Assembly: GCA_964430735.1 (NCBI GenBank)
Contig: CAYSFB010000009.1
Span: 5,492 to 69,491 of the forward strand
Length of the DNA: 64,000 nt
Source of the DNA: an uncultured Planctomycetia bacterium
GTDB taxonomy: Bacteria > Omnitrophota > Gorgyraeia > 2-02-FULL-51-18 > JAGOUK01
Reading direction: 5' to 3'
The position numbers were made by a program, and so were the translations under genes. This document shows, piece by piece, positions 58,815-64,000 of this stretch (positions are counted from its first letter, which is position 1; each line of letters starts with the position of its first letter). The notes under the pieces were generated by a model. That model was not told where the DNA came from and searched no databases. It saw nothing but the letters and a program-made list of their open reading frames with translations.

Positions 58815-59111
58815 ATGAAAAAAATCGATATCCAAGTCATCCAAAACCCGGCCAAGGTCCTTCGCGTCATCGGCCACCCCGACCGGCTCAGGATCGTGGA
58901 GGCGCTCGAGAAGTCCTCCAAAAGCGTCACAGAACTCATGAGGGAGCTGGACCTGAGCCAGGTCGCCGTCTCCAAGCACTTGGGCGTTCTGAAGCGCGAG
59001 GGGATCGTCCGAAGCGAGGCCGTGTCCAACTTCCGCCATTATTCGATCGCGTACCGCAATGTGATCCATGTTTTGAACTGTCTCAGGACCTATGGAGGGA
59101 AAAAATCATGA
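58815..59111 (+). CDS. ArsR/SmtB-family transcriptional regulator (BigR-like context)
   Basis: wHTH LRIVEALEKSSKSVTELMRELDLSQVAVSKHLGVLKREGIV; a single Cys near the C-terminus. Confidence 0.75.
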   Translation: MKKIDIQVIQNPAKVLRVIGHPDRLRIVEALEKSSKSVTELMRELDLSQVAVSKHLGVLKREGIVRSEAVSNFRHYSIAYRNVIHVLNCLRTYGGKKS

Positions 59112-59632
59112 AAAAGGTGACAGCCCGTCAATTCAACGACGAGATCAAGGCCGACCCGTCCGCGCAGTGCGTCGACGTTCGAGAGCCTTCGGAGTATGCC
59201 CAGGCGCGGCTGGCAAACTTCAACCTGTGTTCATTGAGCGGTCTATCCGAACATTCGGTGGGCGCGCTGGATAAGACCAGGCGAACCTACCTGCTTTGCC
59301 GCACGGGCAACCGCGCTTGCCAGGCAGGGGAGCGGCTCGAAAAAATGGGATTCACGGACTTGCGCGTCATCGACGGCGGTCTCAACGCCATGCAGGCAGC
59401 CGGCGCGGCCGTGATTCAGGGGCCGTCCAAAGTCTGGGGCCTGGAGCGGCAAGTGCGCTTCGCCGCCGGGCTTTTTGTCCTGATCGGCATCATCGCGGCT
59501 GCGACGATCCATCCCGCCGGGATATTCCTCTCGCTGTTCGTGGCGGTCGGACTGATATTTTCTGCCGTGACCGACACGTGCGGAATGGGCATGGTGCTCC
59601 TGCGCATGCCTTGGAACCGGCAAAGCCGCTGA
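59108..59632 (+). CDS. Rhodanese-domain protein fused to DUF2892 membrane domain (YgaP-like)
   Basis: Rhodanese active-site loop LLCRTGNRACQ (C-R-x-G-x-R); C-terminal two-TM DUF2892-like segment. Confidence 0.7.
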   Translation: MKKVTARQFNDEIKADPSAQCVDVREPSEYAQARLANFNLCSLSGLSEHSVGALDKTRRTYLLCRTGNRACQAGERLEKMGFTDLRVIDGGLNAMQAAGAAVIQGPSKVWGLERQVRFAAGLFVLIGIIAAATIHPAGIFLSLFVAVGLIFSAVTDTCGMGMVLLRMPWNRQSR

Positions 59633-59635
59633 TTC

Positions 59636-60412
59636 ATGGAAGCCCCGCTCCTCGCCGCCGCAGCCCTTTGCGTGCTGGTCGGCCTTTCCTTGAGCTTGCT
59701 CGGCGGCGGAGGCGCGGTATTGCTGGTGCCGCTGCTGGTCTATGTCGGAAGGGTGCCCGCGAAGGAGGCGATCGCCATATCGCTTCTCCTCGTAGGTCTT
59801 TCCAGCGCGCTGGGCAGTATTCCTTATTTCCGCGGGGGATTCGTGAATTTGCGCCTGGCGGTCTTGTTCCTCGTGCCCGGTATCGCGGCGGCTTTTGTCG
59901 GAGCACGATTTTCTGAGTCTGTTCCGGCGGACATCTTGTTGCTGATATTCGGCATCCTCATGATGACGATCTCCGTGATCCTATACCGGAAGTCCAATGA
60001 TTGCGCTCGAATCCCCGAAAAGATCACCTGCCGCCCGCATGCGGCGGTCTCGGCCGGGACCGGGGCAGGCATCGGATTTTTGACGGGACTGGTGGGCGTC
60101 GGCGGAGGTTTTTTAATCGTCCCGGCGATCACGATTCTGATGCGGTGTTCCGTCTATACGGCGATCGGAACGTCACTGGCGATCATCAGTGTCAATTCGC
60201 TGACCGGATTCGCCGGGCATTTGTCGCATTTGCGGCTGGACCCGGGTTTGACCGCCTTGCTTCTGTCCGCCATGCTGCTCGGGACGCTCATCGGGTCGCG
60301 GCTCGGCAAGAAGTTCAGCACGGCGGCGCTGCAAAAAGGTTTTGCGGTTCTGATTTTTGCCGTGGGTCTCGTGATGGCGGTTCAGCACTTTTTCATCCAA
60401 CAAGCGGGGTGA
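59636..60412 (+). CDS. TauE/SafE (TSUP) family sulfite/anion exporter
   Basis: Two-repeat 4+4 TM protein with GxGGG motifs (LLGGGGAVLLVPLL; VGVGGGFLIVP). Confidence 0.75.
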   Translation: MEAPLLAAAALCVLVGLSLSLLGGGGAVLLVPLLVYVGRVPAKEAIAISLLLVGLSSALGSIPYFRGGFVNLRLAVLFLVPGIAAAFVGARFSESVPADILLLIFGILMMTISVILYRKSNDCARIPEKITCRPHAAVSAGTGAGIGFLTGLVGVGGGFLIVPAITILMRCSVYTAIGTSLAIISVNSLTGFAGHLSHLRLDPGLTALLLSAMLLGTLIGSRLGKKFSTAALQKGFAVLIFAVGLVMAVQHFFIQQAG

Positions 60413-60416
60413 TCCC

Positions 60417-61475
60417 ATGAATCTGATTTTTCGCCAGCTGTACGACAACGTGTCTTCCACGTACACCTATCTGCTTGCCGATGCCGGCTCCCGGGAAGCG
60501 GTGATCATCGATCCGGTGTTTGATCTGCATCGCCGCGACCTGGCGCTCATCCGCGAGCTGGGCCTTGAGCTCAAATATTCCATGGACACGCATTGCCACG
60601 CGGATCACGTCACCGGTTCCTGGCTGCTCAAGCACGCGACCGGATGCCGGATCGTCCTGTCCAAAAAGTACGGAGCTTCCAATGTCGATTTGGCGGTCGA
60701 CGAGGGTGATGTCATCCGTTTTGGCAAATGCCTGCTGGAAGTGTGGGCCACACCCGGTCATACGGACGGTTGTTTGAGCTACGTGTCTCAGGATCGGCAA
60801 ATGGCGTTTACGGGAGATTCGCTCATGATCCGCGGCGCGGGCCGGACGGACTTCCAGCAGGGGAGCGCGTCCCGGATGTACCGATCGATCCATGACCGGC
60901 TGTTTTCGCTGCCGGACGCGTGCCTGGTGTATCCCGCGCACGATTACGACGGCCGTTGCGCCAGCACGATCCTGGAGGAAAAAAAGTTCAATACCCGGAT
61001 CGGCGGAGGCGCCAGCGAAAAGGACTTTGTCGGCTATATGAAAAATCTGGGTCTGCCGCATCCCAAAAAAATCGCCATCGCTTTGCCGGCCAATATGCGC
61101 TCGGGTATGCCGGAGAACGGCGTGTATCCGCAGACGGCTTCCTGGGGTCCGGTTGAAGAAACGTATGACGGGATCCTGCAGATTTCCGGGGAATGGGTCG
61201 AGAGTCATGGGGATCAAGTCACGGTCGTGGACGTGCGCGAACCGGACGAGATCGCGGCGGATCCGGCCCCGTTTCCGGTGGTTCTTACGATTCCGATCGG
61301 CGAGCTGGTGTCCCGGATCGGCGAGATTCCCAAGACGAAGCCGGTCGTGACGGTGTGCCGGTCCGGCAAGCGTTCGGCGCAGGCGACGGTCCTTCTCAAA
61401 AGGAATGGATTCGCCGAAGCCGCCAATCTCAAGGGCGGGATGATCGAGCGGGCGGGCTCGAATCAAGGGGTCTGA
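60417..61475 (+). CDS. Persulfide dioxygenase (ETHE1/MBL fold) - rhodanese fusion
   Basis: MBL motif HCHADHVTGS, ATPGHTDG, HDYDG. C-terminal rhodanese with active site VCRSGKRS. Confidence 0.8.
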   Translation: MNLIFRQLYDNVSSTYTYLLADAGSREAVIIDPVFDLHRRDLALIRELGLELKYSMDTHCHADHVTGSWLLKHATGCRIVLSKKYGASNVDLAVDEGDVIRFGKCLLEVWATPGHTDGCLSYVSQDRQMAFTGDSLMIRGAGRTDFQQGSASRMYRSIHDRLFSLPDACLVYPAHDYDGRCASTILEEKKFNTRIGGGASEKDFVGYMKNLGLPHPKKIAIALPANMRSGMPENGVYPQTASWGPVEETYDGILQISGEWVESHGDQVTVVDVREPDEIAADPAPFPVVLTIPIGELVSRIGEIPKTKPVVTVCRSGKRSAQATVLLKRNGFAEAANLKGGMIERAGSNQGV

Positions 61476-61481
61476 CGGAGC

Positions 61482-61826
61482 ATGGAGCTCAAGGAATTTG
61501 AAGCAGAAGTTCGGCGCGCTTTGGACCGGTTGCCCAAGCGTTTTGCGGCGCAGCTCAAGAATGTGGCGGTTGTGGTCGAGGAGAGTCTTCCGGAAGGCGA
61601 GGAAGAGCTCACCGGCCTTTATGAGGGCATACCGATCACCGAGAAATCCTTCGATGAGAGCGGCGTCCTGCCCGACCGCATCATCCTCTATAAGCAGGAG
61701 ATCGAGGACGAGTGTCGGGAGGAGGGGTTGGACCTCCGGGAACACATTACCCATGTGCTCCGGCATGAGATCGCGCACCACTTCGGCATCTCCGACGAGC
61801 GCCTGGACGATCTGGGCGTTTATTGA
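61482..61826 (+). CDS. Small zinc-metallopeptidase-family protein (DUF1025-like)
   Basis: LRHEIAHHFGISDERLDDLG motif with His ligands; 114 aa. Confidence 0.5.
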   Translation: MELKEFEAEVRRALDRLPKRFAAQLKNVAVVVEESLPEGEEELTGLYEGIPITEKSFDESGVLPDRIILYKQEIEDECREEGLDLREHITHVLRHEIAHHFGISDERLDDLGVY

Positions 61827-61887
61827 ACCGGCAAAGCCGCCGGTTCTCGTATCTTAATTCCGGCGATTTTGATATCGTGCATGGCTC

Positions 61888-62772
61888 ATGCACGTCAAAT
61901 CCTCCACCGACTGGCCCGGCGCCGTTCCTTTTATCGCTTTGCATTTGGGATGTCTGCTCGTTTTTGTGACGGGATGGAGCCCGGTTGCGCTTGCCGCTGC
62001 CGCGGTTACCTACATTGTCCGCGGGTTTTGCATCACGGCGGGATATCACCGGTATTTTTCGCACCGTTCGTTCCGGACGGGACGCTTTTTTCAATTCCTC
62101 ATGGCGCTCGGCGGAACGATGGCCGTTCAGATGGGCCCTTTGTGGTGGGCCTCGCATCACCGCAACCATCACCGCTATTCCGATCAGGACAACGACGTGC
62201 ATTCTCCCGTCGTCCGCAGCTTCTGGTGGTCGCATATCGGCTGGGTCATGAGCGCCGGCTCGTACCGCAAGGTCGATGAAGACGCGATCAGCGATCTGTC
62301 CAAATTCCCTGAACTGAGATGGCTGGACCGCTGGTGCCTCGTGCCGCCGACCGCTTTGGCGGCCGCGCTGTGGGTCTTGGGGAGCGTATTGCAGGCTGCC
62401 TGGCCGTCGTTGGGGACTTCGGGCCTTCAGTTGACGGTCTGGGGATTCCTGATCAGCACCGTGGCGCTGTATCACGTCACCTTCAGCGTCAATTCCGTCG
62501 CGCATGTGTTCGGAAGCCAGCGGTTTTTTACCAAAGACCAGAGCCGCAACAATCCGGTGCTGGCCGTGATCACGATGGGTGAGGGTTGGCACAACAATCA
62601 CCACCGCTTCCCCGCGTCGGAACGGCAGGGGATCTTCTGGTGGGAAGTGGACATCACCCATTACCTGCTTCGGACACTCAGTTATCTCGGCATCGTCCGC
62701 TCGCTTCGCGCGACCCCAGCCCCCGTCGTTGCCGACGCGATGCGCTCCAGCAAGGCTCTCCTTAAAAAATAA
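61888..62772 (+). CDS. Acyl-CoA (delta-9-type) fatty-acid desaturase
   Basis: Three His boxes: HRYFSHRSF, HHRNHHRYSDQDNDVHSP, HNNHHRFP; 4 TM segments. Confidence 0.85.
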   Translation: MHVKSSTDWPGAVPFIALHLGCLLVFVTGWSPVALAAAAVTYIVRGFCITAGYHRYFSHRSFRTGRFFQFLMALGGTMAVQMGPLWWASHHRNHHRYSDQDNDVHSPVVRSFWWSHIGWVMSAGSYRKVDEDAISDLSKFPELRWLDRWCLVPPTALAAALWVLGSVLQAAWPSLGTSGLQLTVWGFLISTVALYHVTFSVNSVAHVFGSQRFFTKDQSRNNPVLAVITMGEGWHNNHHRFPASERQGIFWWEVDITHYLLRTLSYLGIVRSLRATPAPVVADAMRSSKALLKK

Positions 62773-63224
62773 TGCGGATCTTCGTCGATTCGGACGCCTG
62801 CCCGGTCAAGCCGGAAGTCATCCGGGTGGCGCAGCGTTATGGAATTCCGGTGACGTTTGTTTCCAATTCCTGGATGCGGCTACCCGAGGAGTGGGGCGCG
62901 GTCCTCAAAGTCGTCGACGGTCAATTTGACGCCGCGGACAACTGGATCGTCGAACAAGCGGGCGCGGGCGATATCGTCGTCACGGCGGACATTCCGCTGG
63001 CGCACCGCTGTATCGGCAAGCAGGCCCGCGTGATCGGGACGCATGGTCAGCTCTTCACCGAAGAAAATATCGGCAATATCCTGGCCACGCGCGACCTGCT
63101 CCACACGCTCCGCGGGGCGGGGGAAGTCACGGGCGGCCCCGCGCCGTTCAGCGCCCAGGACCGGTCCCGCTTCCTCCAAGCGCTCGATCAAGCCGTTCAG
63201 AAGATCAGGAATCAGCAAAAATAA
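62772..63224 (+). CDS. YaiI/YqgE-like UPF0178 (DUF188) family protein
   Basis: MRIFVDSDACPVKPEVIRVAQRYGIPVTFVSNSWMRLP N-terminal block typical of YaiI. Confidence 0.6.
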   Translation: MRIFVDSDACPVKPEVIRVAQRYGIPVTFVSNSWMRLPEEWGAVLKVVDGQFDAADNWIVEQAGAGDIVVTADIPLAHRCIGKQARVIGTHGQLFTEENIGNILATRDLLHTLRGAGEVTGGPAPFSAQDRSRFLQALDQAVQKIRNQQK

Positions 63225-63269
63225 ACCGCACCCTTTCGGGTTGGCGCCCAAAGATGCTAAACTTTGGGC

Positions 63270-63764
63270 ATGCAATACCCTCTTTTGCTTCTCATCCTGG
63301 TGGCCGGGTTCGTGATGCGGCTGGTTCCGCATGCATGGGACTTTACGCCCGTTCTGGCGCTGACCTTGCTGGCCGGCGCGTATCTGCCGGGACGCCAACG
63401 CTGGATCCTGCCGCTGGGACTCATGGCCGCGACGGACATGATCCTAGGATTTTATCCGAGCATCGTGATCAATTGGATCGCGCTGGCCGCTTGTGTCGGC
63501 ATCGGCGTCTGGCTGAGGAAGAATCCGTCCTGGACCCGCATCGGCGGCGGGTCGCTTGCCGCGGCGATCGTCTTTTTTGCGATCTCGAACTTCGGCGTGT
63601 GGCTCGAAATGTACCCCAAGACCGCCACCGGCTTCGCCGACTGCTACGTGATGGCGCTGCCGTTTTTTAGGAATTCGTTGTTGAGTACGCTCGTTTACGG
63701 TTATCTCTTAATCGGAGGATATGCCTGGGCCGCGCGGACCGCGACGGCCAAGCAAACGGTCTGA
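63270..63764 (+). CDS. Hypothetical 5-TM membrane protein
   Basis: ATG at 63270 (ORF track uses TTG at 63264); hydrophobic, 164 aa. Confidence 0.45.
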   Translation: MQYPLLLLILVAGFVMRLVPHAWDFTPVLALTLLAGAYLPGRQRWILPLGLMAATDMILGFYPSIVINWIALAACVGIGVWLRKNPSWTRIGGGSLAAAIVFFAISNFGVWLEMYPKTATGFADCYVMALPFFRNSLLSTLVYGYLLIGGYAWAARTATAKQTV

Positions 63765-63791
63765 ACAACTGAATAGCGACGTTCCGGCACC

Positions 63792-63935
63792 TAGCCCCGG
63801 CTGCGGGGTGAGGTTTAATGAGGGAATCGGGTGTGAATCCCGAGCGGTCCCGCCACGGTAAGAGGCCTTTCGAGGCCTTAAGTCCGAATACCACCGGAGC
63901 GTTATAACGACCCCAATGCCACGGCAGATGGCAAG
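63792..63935 (+). promoter_or_regulatory. Cobalamin (B12) riboswitch
   Basis: Core matches the Cbl consensus TTAATGAGGGAATCGGGTGTGAATCCCGAGCGGTCCCGCCACGGTAAGAGG (cf. btuB leader AATAGGGAATCCAGTGCGAATCTGGAGCTGACGCGCAGCGGTAAGG). B12-box GCCACGG; followed by RBS AAGGAGCT and an ATG at 63943. Confidence 0.7.
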
Positions 63936-63942
63936 GAGCTCC

Positions 63943-64000
63943 ATGAAAAAGTCCACCCTTCTCTTCGTTCTCGCCTCTCTGATATGTCAGCCCTTCTTCG
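63943..64000 (+). CDS. 5' end of a secreted protein gene (signal peptide MKKSTLLFVLASLICQPFF) under cobalamin-riboswitch control; likely B12 uptake-related (e.g. TonB-dependent receptor or B12-binding protein). Truncated at the window edge.
   Basis: ATG preceded by GGAG, hydrophobic signal peptide, riboswitch immediately upstream. Confidence 0.45.
   Translation, partial: MKKSTLLFVLASLICQPFF

Overview
This is a high-GC (~60-65%) chromosomal segment from a Gram-negative-type bacterium. Genes are densely packed, often with ATGA or GTGA overlapping stop/start codons, and I found no CRISPR arrays, integrases or transposases.

In order along the window:

1. A 5'-truncated giant ORF (>2605 aa, 2..7855, + strand) fuses several nucleotide-metabolism-like domains: IMPase-like phosphatase, NadD/NMNAT-like nucleotidyltransferase, uridine-kinase-family P-loop kinase, APH-like kinase fold and a receiver-like domain.
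2. tadA, then tRNA-Ser(GCU) followed by a ~100-nt structured 3'-flank element, then a CBS-GGDEF protein.
3. A ~20-kb single-strand Wzx/Wzy-type exopolysaccharide/capsule locus (9.8-29.6 kb). It carries an outer-membrane protein, Wza, a Wzc-like co-polymerase, WbaP-type priming transferase, acyltransferase-3, GT2, three GT4s, GT26 (WecB/TagA), a Wzy-like polymerase, Wzx flippase and a pyruvyl transferase. It also has three unusual members: a uridine-kinase-family kinase, an alkaline-phosphatase-superfamily phosphodiesterase and an NTase-fold protein.
4. Complex I is encoded as two convergent blocks, nuoABCDEFGHI (+, 31.2-39.1 kb) and nuoJKLMN (-, 46.9-41.2 kb). They are separated by a ~2-kb insert carrying a BrnT/BrnA toxin-antitoxin pair (AT-rich), a TPR protein and a PqiA-like protein.
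5. tRNA-Ser(GGA) carries a paralogous, covarying copy of the same 3'-flank hairpin element.
6. An Anbu (proteasome-like) / circularly permuted ATP-grasp / alpha-E / transglutaminase four-gene cluster (47.5-51.6 kb, -).
7. tRNA-Arg(ACG), then dnaX-recR.
8. tRNA-Asn(GUU) followed by a lower-GC islet encoding an FkbM methyltransferase, an SDR and a class D (OXA-like) beta-lactamase, ending in a G20C7 homopolymer.
9. An ArsR-regulated sulfide/persulfide detoxification cluster: rhodanese-DUF2892, TauE/SafE exporter and a persulfide dioxygenase-rhodanese fusion.
10. An acyl-CoA desaturase and a YaiI-family protein.
11. A cobalamin riboswitch leading into a signal-peptide gene at the window edge.

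The most unusual items are the giant multi-enzyme ORF, the duplicated covarying tRNA-Ser flank element, the Anbu cluster and the split nuo locus with an inserted TA module.
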